Part shown: in pieces, positions 35,097-47,194 of the stretch
Numbering within the stretch: the stretch's first letter is position 1
Layout of the letters: each line of letters begins with the position of its first letter
Source: the human T2T-CHM13v2.0 reference genome, Homo sapiens
Strand: one strand, 5' to 3'
DNA length: 64,000 nucleotides
Assembly (NCBI RefSeq): GCF_009914755.1
Contig: NC_060935.1
Program-made: the position numbers and the translations under genes
The notes under the pieces: model-generated
Database searches by the model: none
Told to the model about the DNA's origin: nothing
Seen by the model: the letters and a program-made list of their open reading frames with translations, nothing else

Positions 35097-35679
35097 TAAA
35101 TATTTTTGATCCATGGATATGGAACCTGTGGGTACAGAGGGCCGACTGTAAATGGTGCTGCCTTCCACCCTGTTGCTCAAGCCAAAAACCCCGGAGTCAT
35201 CTTTGCTTCTTTTTCATGCTCTGTGTGTGCAATCTATCAGCAAGTTCTATACATTCTGACTCCAGAAAATTTCTGGAATCTGTCCTGGGCACTTTATGGC
35301 CTCCTGCTGCTACTCTAACCCGTGTCACCTGTCTTCGTATAGCCATTATTACTCTGCTTTGCAGAGTTTATTTGTTGCATTTATTCATTAAAGACTCTCA
35401 CCTCAGCTTTATAGCTAGTTTTGCAAGGTAGAGCACTAGGTCTGGCTAGCCATATGCTGCCAGATGGAGGAGCTGAGTTTTTTTCCTATGTTCTGCTCCT
35501 TGGCTTCACTAGTGGCTGCTGGAGGCATCACTGTGCACAGATGCTTGGGGCAAAGGATCTTGCCAACCTCGATGCAGGTCACTGGAACAGCTGATAATGT
35601 CCGTGGTTTATAACCTGATGTAGATCCAGAGATGTCATTGAAAGATTTTTGCCTGCCAGCAGGTCTGAGTCTGAAGACC

Positions 35680-35926
35680 ATGCCCAGGCTGGGGTGGCGC
35701 TATCATAGCTCACTGCAGCCTCCGATTCCTGTGTTCAAGCTGTCCTCCAGGGTAGCAGGAACTATAGGCACACACCACTACACCCAGCTAACTTTTCAAT
35801 TTTTTTGTAGAGATGGAGTTCCACATCTGTCGGTCAGACTGGTCTGAAACTTCTGGCCTCAAGCGATCCTCCTATCTCAACCCCCCAAAGTGCTGGGATT
35901 ACAGGTGTGAGCCACTGCGCCCAGCC
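35680..35926 (-). mobile_element. AluJ-like, 3' end missing
   Basis: Antisense Alu with deletions and no T tail. Confidence 0.85.
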
Positions 35927-36354
35927 AGACTTTTTTGTTAAATGTACCTTAAAGCAATGCTTTCTTCTTTTTTTTCCCATCACAAATTTAATTATTTATA
36001 AAAATATCTAATGGAAAGAAACTGGATTAGCAAGCCAGACAGATACTTGTCCTGGCTAAGTGTGATACTGGGCAAGTTGTTGACTTCCTTCTTCAGATGC
36101 CTGTGATATATACCCCATGTTTATTCTAATTTCTTAAAGATATGAGAACCTAGCTCTAACATAAGCATGAAATGCCTATTCCTGAGGCATTGATCACATT
36201 GTCATTGTTCCAGGTTCCTCTCTGTGCTCCCTGAAATCCCCATTAGCGTAATTCCCCACCATCCCCTTGTGCGGAGTCCACTGCCCCACTGTGCTGCTGC
36301 CCTCGACTGTTGTGAGGCCGGCTGAGTTTCAGTAACAGGGACTCGGTGATTAAA

Positions 36355-36374
36355 TTTCTTTTTCTTTTTCTTTT

Positions 36375-36405
<31 letters not shown>

Positions 36406-36558
36406 GAGACGGAGTCTCGCTCTGTCCCCCAAGCTGGAGTGCAGTGGAGCAATCTCGCTCGGCTCACTGCAACCTCTGCCTCCCAGGTTCAAGTGATTCT
36501 TGTGCCTCAGCCTCCCTAGTAGCTGGGACCTACAGGTGCCTGCCACTACACCTGGCTA
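36355..36558 (-). mobile_element. 5'-truncated Alu (right arm) with long T tail
   Basis: TSD GGTGAT(T/G)AAATTTCTT. Confidence 0.92.
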
Positions 36559-37050
36559 GGTGATGAAATTTCTTCAGCTTTCTCTGGCCCTCCCTACTTC
36601 TAGGATCCAAATGACACGCTACGTATCGTTGCCATTTCTGATTTGGATGTACAAATATAGGGACAGATGGGTTTGTGTTTGTTTTTGATGTATTTTTTTT
36701 TCTCTCTTAATCTGGCTGTAAAAGCATTTCCAATGGCTTATAGTTTAGTATGTGTTCCCAAAGTGGGAGCAGCCTGTACATATGGAAGTCCAGTTGGGTA
36801 GGGCTCCCTGTACCCTGGCGCCAGGGCGTTGTTCTGACCGATGGTGCCCCCTGATGGCCAGTGTAGAAACTTGGTCACGGTGTCATCTTTTTCTCACTAT
36901 CACTGGGGATTCCCTTCACTCCCCAGCAATTACTCACTTTTATTCTGTCTTGAATCTTAGATAATTATGCCGGAGATAATCCTTCTTATCTCCTCTTTGG
37001 GTTTCTTGTTTCTTCCTTATTTATTGCTCTCTTACCTCAAAAATATCTTA

Positions 37051-37348
<298 letters not shown>

Positions 37349-37620
37349 TCACCACTCATTCTTTTCATTATATTTTGAACTAAAAGCTTGTCCTGGTAAT
37401 GGCTAAAGAGTACTTAGTGGTGTGTCCATATCAAAAAGAAAGGAAGCCCTTGATTTTGAAGAGAAATTAGAAGCCACGCTAAGGACTCATGGTTGCCATC
37501 TTCACGAGCTCTGAGATAGGTAAGGCACGCCCTTCAGAATCTTTATGGGTTTTTGTTAGCTCCTCAGCTTTCTCCAACTAAAATTGCTTTGGCTTAAGCT
37601 TTAGAACTCAAGATAAATGA

Positions 37621-38134
<514 letters not shown>

Positions 38135-38201
38135 TAGCTTCTGAAACACTGTCCACCTGTCAGTTGAATTATTGAGCTACTGATTTGTCTGTGACTTTTA
38201 G

Positions 38202-38235
38202 CTCATAATTGGACTGTCGTAAATGACGTAGATAC
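38202..38235 (+). other. Candidate 34-nt exon
   Basis: TTTGTCTGTGACTTTTAG| acceptor and TAC|GTAAGT donor; one open frame (xHNWTVVNDVDT). Confidence 0.25.
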
Positions 38236-38357
38236 GTAAGTACGTCCTACGGGTTATGTGGCTATGCTGCTGAGACCTCACACTCAACCCTCCAGCACTA
38301 ATTCACTCTCTTTCAAAATTGTGCTGTTGCTTTCAGTGTTTGGGGAGCCCAGGAGAG

Positions 38358-38479
38358 GAATGTGAAACAGGACTGCCCAATCCCGCTAACACACACACAC
38401 ACACACACACACGCCAAGAATGTGAAACAGGACTGCCCAATCCCACTGTCACACACACACACACACACACACACACCAA
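38358..38479 (+). repeat. 60-bp tandem duplication, each unit containing a (CA)n microsatellite
   Basis: GAATGTGAAACAGGACTGCCCAATCCC identical at 38358 and 38418, each followed by (CA)n. Confidence 0.96.
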
Positions 38480-39039
38480 AAACCAAAACAAACCAAAATA
38501 TTCCTGAGTGCAGGAGTTATGATTTAACAAAACCTTCATATCCTCTAACATCCCCACTCCAGAGAACACCCTACTTAGAATAAAAAGCTAGGAGTGATGA
38601 GCACCATGGCTTTCAGTCTTTATGGAGCTGTGATAGCCCATCATTATTTGATTTATTCTCCTATCTTTTCCAGAGCGGATGTAGTCTTTGAATAGAATTG
38701 CATAATTTTAGGGTTTTAAGCACCCTCAGTAATCGTGCAGTTTAGTTTCCCATCTCATGCCTTCCAAAAAACTTCATACAAGTTGACCCTCATCTAGCCT
38801 TGGCCCGAGTGCTTCCACTGAACAAGAATTCAGCAGTTTTTTAAGCAGGCCCATTCCATTGTATGGACTGCCCGAATTATTAATAAGTTCTCTATGTTCG
38901 GCTAAAACTTAACTCATGGGAATTTCCACCCTAAGTCCTGATTTAACCATTTGTAGAAATGAATGACTCAGTTTTTTCACTCCCACAGAAGTGGTCTTCA
39001 GCTATTGGAGGACAGTGCCCGGCCTCCGTAGGCTCTCCA

Positions 39040-39620
39040 GCCTCAGCATTGCCCACTTTTCTCTTGGCTTGTTGGGCTTTTTTCTTCTTGATTTTTGGGG
39101 ATTTTTGAAAATAGCCCTATGTCTTGGATATGAGTCACAAATTGCCCCCCCCCCCACCATTTCGTCATTTGTCTCCAAGCTCTGTTTACATTGGTGTTTG
39201 CCGTGCAGAAGTTTTTCTTTAATGTAATAAAATGTAGCCATCTTTTTTAAAATGACCTCTGGACTTCATGTGTTTGGAGTTTATTCATACTTAGAAAGGC
39301 CTTGTCCACTTGAGGCTGTTTAAAAAATACCCATATTTTCTGCTAGTACTTAAATGGATTTGTGTGAGTGTGTGTGTTTGTGTTTGTGTGTGTGTGTGTG
39401 TACTTAAATCTTTTATGCATCTAGAATTTATTTTAAGATAAGATGTGAGGTAGGGGTTCAAATTAATTTTTTTCCAGCTAGCTGTCTAGTTACTCCAACA
39501 TTATTGAATTACTCATTTTTTCCTGTTTTGAAATGCCATTATATTAAATTCATGACACACTTTTGGATTTATTCCTAGAGTGTTTCATATGTTTTATTTC
39601 CAAGCAAACCACCACACACA
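39040..39620 (-). mobile_element. L1ME-like remnant with (TG)n at about 39360-39401
   Basis: AAATCTTTTATGCATCTAGAATTTATTTT..GTGAGGTAGGGG. Confidence 0.6.
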
Positions 39621-40019
39621 TCTTATACCTTCATTACTGAAATTTTTAACCTAAATGTAAAACTTGTTATGTGCTTACCTGGCATCCAGCCGGTCAGGAT
39701 GGTCTGACTCTGCTCCTTCCTGCCTCAGCAGCCTCCTCTTTTGTGCCACCTGCAGGTTAATAAGCATCTCTTATGTCATTATCCAGGCCATTGACCAAGG
39801 GGTGACAATAATATTGGCCATTGTAGGGCTGTCCTTTGGACTCCAGTGGAGAGCCATTACTCACTGTTTCCTATTTTAGAAATGCAGCATGATAGGTTAA
39901 AAAGTGCTTAGGGTTTTGGTTTCAGTTGCAGAACTAAATTTGAGCATCCCTTCTATTCATTGTTTCTCAGACTTTAATGTGAACAGGAATAACCTGAGAA
40001 TCTTGTTAAAATGCAAATT

Positions 40020-40152
40020 CTTTTTTTATTTTTAGTAGAGACGGGGTTTCACCATGTTGGCCAGGCTGGTCTTGAACTCCTGACCTCAGGTGATCCACCT
40101 GCCTTGGGCTTCTAGAATGCTGGTATTACAGACATGAGCCACAGCACCCAGC
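40020..40152 (-). mobile_element. AluS-type left arm only
   Basis: GACCTCAGGTGATCCACC; TSD TAAAATGCAAATTCT. Confidence 0.9.
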
Positions 40153-40206
40153 ATAAAATGCAAATTCTGATTCAGTAGGTCTGGGGTAGGCCAAGATTTT
40201 GCCCCG

Positions 40207-40497
40207 TTTATTTATTTATTTATTTATTTATTGGACAGTATCACACTCTGTCACTCAGGCTAGAGTGCAGTGGCCTGATCATGGCTCACTGCAGCCTCAA
40301 ACTCATGGACTGAAGTGATGCTCCTGCCTCAGCCTTCTTAGTAGATAGGACTGTAGACTTCTGCCACCATGCCCAGGTAATTAAAAAAAATTTTTTTACA
40401 GAGATGGGAGTCTTGCCATATTACCTGGGCTGGTATTGAAATCCTGTCCCCAAGCAACCACCCAAAGTGGGATTACAGGGTGAGCTATGGTGCCCAG
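40207..40497 (-). mobile_element. AluJ-like
   Basis: (TTTA)n tail, diverged antisense dimer. Confidence 0.88.
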
Positions 40498-40784
40498 ACG
40501 GCTTTTGCATTTTTAATAAGTCCCCAGGCCATGCTGATGCTGATGGTCCATGGACTACCCTATACTTTGCAGGACCAAGACTAGAGTGAGTCAAGTGACA
40601 TGCCCCACGAAGTGTGTGAGGAGGCACTTACTGTCTTGGCACTTGCACAAACCTGAGAGCAAGCACTTCTTTAAGTTTTGTACCCTGGGTCCCTTGCTTG
40701 CCTCACCCTAATCCCAGCCCTGATATTGTGTTTCTTATTATTGTTAGGCTTACTGCTGATGAAGCTACTAAATAGGACTCTTGA

Positions 40785-41106
<322 letters not shown>

Positions 41107-41312
41107 CTGTCTGTATTTTTAAACAGGTTCCCCAGGCGACCCTTAGGCACACCAAAGTTTGAGAACCACTGAAAAAGAGAAGTTCTGGCTTTTAGGATTA
41201 ATTTACAGCCTGTTATGAAACCAGTGCTTGCAACCTGAAAACATCATGCTACTGTTTACCTTTAGTTTTCATGATGTGCTTGAGATAGTGGTGGCTAAGC
41301 CCGAAATATATA

Positions 41313-42072
41313 AATTTTTAATTTTCATGTTTGTGGGTACATAGTGGGTGTATATATTTATGGGTTGCATTTGTTTTGATACAGGCAGGCAATGCATAAT
41401 AATCACATGAGGGTAAGTGGGGTGTCCAACTCAAGCATTTATCCTTTGTGTTACAGACAATCCAGTTATACTTTTTAGTTACTTTAAAATGTATAATTAA
41501 ATTATTTTGTACTATAGTCACCCTGTTGTGCTAGCAAATATTAGGTCTTATTCATGCTTTGTAACTTTTTTTTTTAATCCATTAGCCCTCCCCACTTCCC
41601 TCCCATCCACCCCCCTAACCCCACCACTACCCTTCCCAGCCTGTGGTAACCATCCTTCTACTCTTTGTCTCCATGAGTTTAATTGTATTAATTTTTAGCT
41701 CTCACAAGTAAGTGAGAACATGTGAAGTTTGTCTTGCTGTGCCTGGCTTATTTTATTTAACATAATGATCTAGTTCCATCCATGTTTCATCCATCCATCC
41801 AAAGGATCACATTCTTTTTTGTGGCCAAATAGTACTCCATTGTATATATATGTACTGCATTTATTTATCCATTCATCTGTTGATAGACACTTGCTATCAA
41901 ATCTTGCCTACTGTGAATAGTGCTGCAGTAAACATGGGAATGCAGAGACCTCTTTTCTATACTGATTTCCTTTATTTGGGGTATATACCTAGCAATGGGA
42001 TTGCTGGATTGTAAGGTAGCTCTGTTTTTATTTTTGGAGGAACCTCCAAACTGTTCTCCATAGTGGTTGTAA
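41313..42072 (-). mobile_element. L1MA-like 3' end
   Basis: TTTGTGGGTACATAGT..CTCAAGCATTTATCCTTTGTGTTACA..AACCTCCAAACTGTTCTCCATAGTGGTTGT. Confidence 0.88.
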
Positions 42073-42241
42073 AGTTGCAAATATTGACAGTAGTTACTCA
42101 AGTGGTGCCAAACTACAGGAGAAGGCCTACTTGTATTTGGCAAAACCAACCTTTACCCACGTACTGAATCTGATAACGTGGCTTTTGCTCAAAATCCAAC
42201 TCTGATGTGGTAAAAACCTTAATTGAAAGTGGACCATAGCT

Positions 42242-42400
42242 CAGTGCTTCTCAAACTCTAATGCGGGTAAGAATGTTCTGGGTGTCTCGTTAAAATGCAG
42301 ATTCTGATTCAGCTGGCCTGGGGTGGGACCTATAAGTCTGCATTTCTGACAAGCTTTTAGAGGGTGCTGAAGCTTTAGCTCTACAGCTGTGCTTGCAAAC
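42242..42400. mobile_element. MER5-family fragment
   Basis: CAGTGCTTCTCAAACT..GTTAAAATGCAGATTCTGATTCAG..TCTGCATTTCTGACAAGC. Confidence 0.78.
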
Positions 42401-42669
42401 CGAGGAGATTTTTGACTGAGCTCTAGTTCGGAACTTTTTCCTAACATATGAGAGTTTTGGTTAGGAATGTTTGGAGAAGTTATTCATGGATTTTACTTCA
42501 GCAGACAGGGAAAGATGCTTTGTATCCGCGTGACCTGCCTTGCTCACAAAAGCCAGTGATGGATTCCCAACCGTGGACCTCCCAGACTCAGGCATGACTT
42601 GTAACTTGTACTCTGCCGTCACGGTGCATGGCTGAGAGAGGGATGCCCACTGGGTAGAACACTTTGTTT

Positions 42670-43230
42670 CGTTTTTTTAAATGTGTGAATAGGCAATACA
42701 TTTACAAGGTTCAAAATTCAAAAGATATAGAAGGAGATACACAGCGAGTAGTGTCCTCCCCTTAATTCCCCATCTGCTCAGTTCCCAATTTTCCTCACCC
42801 CTCCAACCCTGCCAAATTAGTAAAAGTACTTTATTAGTTTCTTGTGCATCTTTCCAACTATTTTTATGTAATACAAGCAAACATAAATTTATTTATATAT
42901 AATTATATATAGTGTCTCTTTCTCACCTTAAAACAAATTAATGTTAACATACTATGGACATTGTTCTGCACCTTGATTTTGTTTTTTCATGAAAAAATTA
43001 ATCTTGGAGATCTTTCCACATGTCCACATGAAGAGCTTTTTTTGGTTTTCTTTCTTATTGGTATCTTATTGTATGGATCTACCATACATATCGTGGTATC
43101 TTATTGTATGGTTCTACCATAATTTAACTAGAAACTTATTTACTGATGGACTTCAGATTGTTTCCAATTTCTTGCTGTTAAAATGCAAAGAATAAATTCA
43201 CATTTGTATATTTTATGTACATTACACATT
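42670..43230 (-). mobile_element. Ancient L1ME-like 3' remnant
   Basis: GGTTCAAAATTCAAAAG..GTTTCTTGTGCATCTTTCCA..TGATGGACTTCAGATTGTTTCCAATT. Confidence 0.65.
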
Positions 43231-43496
43231 TTGTTTTCTTTTATTCAGCAATGTTCTATTTTATGAAGTCTTAAAATTTTATGTATCTTGAACTTTTTGT
43301 ATGTTTAATGAAATATTACTTTTATATCTTTAAGTTCTCCTTTGATGAGTTTGGAATGCTTTTTCACATTCCTAATGTTATTAACACAGAACAGATTAAA
43401 TATATTTATATGCATTTTTCCTTTTTTTTCCCCAGAGACAGGGTCTCGCCGTGTGGCCCAGGCTAGAGTGCAGTGGTGCAATGAAAGCTCATTGTA

Positions 43497-43794
43497 GGCC
43501 AGGCACTGTTGCTCACCCCTGTAATCCCAGCAGTTTCAGATACCAAGGCGGGCGGATCACCTGAGATCAGGAGTTTGAGGCCAGCCTGACCAACATGGTA
43601 GAACCCCATCTCTACTAAAAATATAAAAATTAGGCGGGCATGGTGGTGGGTGCCTGTAGTCCTGGCCACTCAGGTAGCTGAGGCAGGAGAATCACTTGAA
43701 CCCAGGAGGCGGAGGCTACAGTGAGCCGAGATCACACCACTGTACTCTAGCCTGGGCAACAGAATGAGACTCCATCTCAAAAAAAAAAAAAAAA
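43497..43794 (+). mobile_element. AluS-like, nested
   Basis: TSD GCTCATTGTA. Confidence 0.94.
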
Positions 43795-43921
43795 TGCTCA
43801 TTGTAACCTCAGACTTCTGGGCTCCAGTGATCCTGGTGCCTCAGCCTCCTACGTAATGGGCCCTACAGGTATGTGCCACCACACCTAGCTATTTTTTGTT
43901 GTTTTTTGTAGAGATGCAGTT

Positions 43922-44234
43922 GTTTTTTGTTTGTTTTGTTTTGTTTTTTGAGACGGAATCTCACTTTGTCACCCAGAATGGAGTGCAGTGGCACATCTCA
44001 GCTCACGGCAGCCTCTGTCTCCCGGGTTCAAGCGATTCTCCTGCCTCAGCCTCCTGAGTAGCTGGGATTATAGGCGCCCACCACCACACCCAGCTAATTT
44101 TTGTATTTTTAGTAGAGACGGGGTTTCACCATTGTTGGCCTCTGGGCTGGTCTCAAACTCCTGACCTCAAGAGATCTGCCTGCCTTAGCCTCCGAAAGTG
44201 CTGGGATTACAGGCATGAGTCACCGCTCCCGGCC
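43922..44234 (-). mobile_element. AluSx-like, nested
   Basis: TSD AGAGATGCAGTT. Confidence 0.94.
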
Positions 44235-44429
44235 AGAGATGCAGTTTTGATATGTTGTCCAGGCTGCTCTCCTGGGCTCAACTGATCCTCTTGCCCCGGC
44301 TCCCAGAGTGCTGGGATTATGGACATTGTTCTGTACCAATGTGTGCTGGGTGTGCAGTCACTGCCCAGCTGGGCTGCATATATTTTTTCCAAAACCCAGG
44401 TAAAATGTGTTCATCGCTTAAGAATCAGC

Positions 44430-44731
44430 ATTTTTTAATTTTAATTTTTATTTTTTTGGGTGAGACAAGGTCTCACACTGTCGCCCAGGCTGGAGTGCAA
44501 TGCCGCAATCTCGGCTCACTGCAACCGCCACCTGATCCTCACGCCTGATCCTTCTGAGTAGCTGGGACCATGGGCACTTGCCACCACGCCCAGCTAATTT
44601 TTTGTATTTTTTAGTAGGGATGGGGTTTCGCCATGGTGCCCAGGCTGGTCTTGAACTCCTGAGCTCAGGCAATCCTCCCACCTTGGCCTCCCAAGGTGCT
44701 GGGACTACAGGCGTGAGGCACTGCGTCTGGC
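44430..44731 (-). mobile_element. AluJb-like
   Basis: Antisense dimer; TSD ATCAGCATTTT. Confidence 0.92.
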
Positions 44732-45723
44732 TTATCAGCATTTTATTAAAAAAAAAAAAAAAAAAAGAGGAAGGAGATAATTGCGTTGAAACCTGATAGT
44801 TAGAACTTTCAATTTAAGCTGAATGGGAGTGGGGCTCCTGAAAAAGAAGGTTTGTGACCAGCATGGGCAATGTCTCTACTAAGAGAAAAAAAAAGAGGGA
44901 AGAAGGTTCAACCTGCTGCCATTTAACACTGCTTCTCCCAGGAGAGCAGCCCTGTGAGGCTTGGGTTTCTCTGAATGATGTCTTGGGTTTCAACATTGTC
45001 CCCTTACTTGTTAGCCACCTTCATGGAAAAAACCCGCAATCCATGAATATTTGTCATCTCGCATGCCATTACTGGTCAAACAAAATGAATCACAAGCTGG
45101 GGCTTGAATAGAAATTCCATTATTTACAGACAGGTCAGATTAATCTATCTAGGAGGGACAGTGAAAGAGGCTATTTTTCCTGATGGTACTTTTTAAACTG
45201 CAGTAAGGTGGTGCTGTTAATGAAAATGCCAAAGAGAAAGAGTGATTTCCTTCCTAAGCAGTATTAGATTATAGTGTTGTCAGGAGTCTTGCAATTGAAT
45301 TACCTTTTTGTAATCAATTCCGCCTTATCAGTTAACTCTACTTGTAATGGACTGCTGGCTTCAAGAGACTGAGTCTGGATTATTTAAAACTTCTTGCTGT
45401 AAAGGAGACATCACCTGTAGCATCTCCCCTTCCCCAGGTGGAGCATCCCCTGTTGGAGCACTTTGGAGGCTGCAGTGTTATGAGCTCTGCCCTGTCTGGG
45501 AAGGGTTCTGGAACAGGTCTGAAGCCCTCAGAGCAAAGGCTCATTTGTCTGCTTGATGCCAACGTGCTGTGGGTTCTCCAGAGGCTGGGGCTGGTTGCTT
45601 CTGAGTCCTTGTTAGTATTGTTACCGCACTTCCCATTCGCATCTGCCTGTCATGTTCTACCACTAACCCCCAGGAAGAAATGAATGGGAAATTTAGTTTG
45701 CCATGATTTTTGCCCTGATTTAA

Positions 45724-46098
<375 letters not shown>

Positions 46099-46732
46099 TA
46101 AAGTTTCTTAAGTAATATTGGAATTAACTTAGAGTGGACTGTGTGAAGTAAATGTGTTGTCACAAACTTAACGGTGTCAACATGGTAACAATATTGAAAA
46201 ATGCTTTTAATTTTGTGAGATGCGTATTCATAGAACTAAGAGTCAGAAGTTCTTGAACCTTGATTCCTGTTTGCCTCTTACTGATAATGGACTATATTTA
46301 GCCTTTTCTTGGGTTGGGTCCTTATCAAAGAATGAGAAGACTAACTAATAGTAACAATAATATGTGTTTGCTGTATGACAAGAGCTAGCCAGGTGATTTG
46401 CAGTTTTAGTAGGGTAAGGTACAGCACTATGAACCATTTCTATAACAAAAAGGAAATGTATCATGTCAAAAGAGTAAACAAAGTTTTTTAGAGAAGAGGA
46501 AAACAAATCTTGAATTTGTTATTTGTACAAATATACATAGAAGGCTATCAGGGCTGTCTGAGTTTTCTTTCATGTGTGAGAATGAAGGTAAAACTTGCTC
46601 CAGGTGCTTAGATAAGACTTGAAGGAAACACAGGCATTTATTTGGTTTATTGTTAGATCAATATAGAGTTGTACGGCAATCTTTTACATTTTCCACTCTC
46701 AAGACCTAGAAATGCATGGTATAATAGCTTAG

Positions 46733-47072
<340 letters not shown>

Positions 47073-47194
47073 TGATGATCTCACATTTGACTTACAGTGC
47101 ACTTTTATGTCATGTGATGAGGTGATACGTTTGAAGATGAAAGAGGGCATTTAAAAGTAGCTGAGGACAGAATCAGAACTTTAGTAGTTACAGT

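Larger units (their letters stand above)
39958..40575. mobile_element. MER5-family hAT MITE split by two Alus
   Basis: TTTCTCAGACTT..CTTGTTAAAATGCAAATTCTGATTCAGTAGGTCTGGGGT..TGCATTTTTAATAAG..TGGTCCATGGAC. Confidence 0.8.
43415..44330 (-). mobile_element. AluJ host split into three pieces
   Basis: Pieces 43415-43496, 43795-43920 and 44235-44330 join into one antisense AluJ. Confidence 0.85.

Noticed and set aside
38358-38479. Repeat-spacer-repeat pattern superficially like a CRISPR array
   Set aside because: Only two units, spacers are (CA)n, the context is eukaryotic and there are no cas genes
45380-45530. Possible exon after TCTCCCCTTCCCCAG
   Set aside because: No convincing downstream donor and no recognisable peptide
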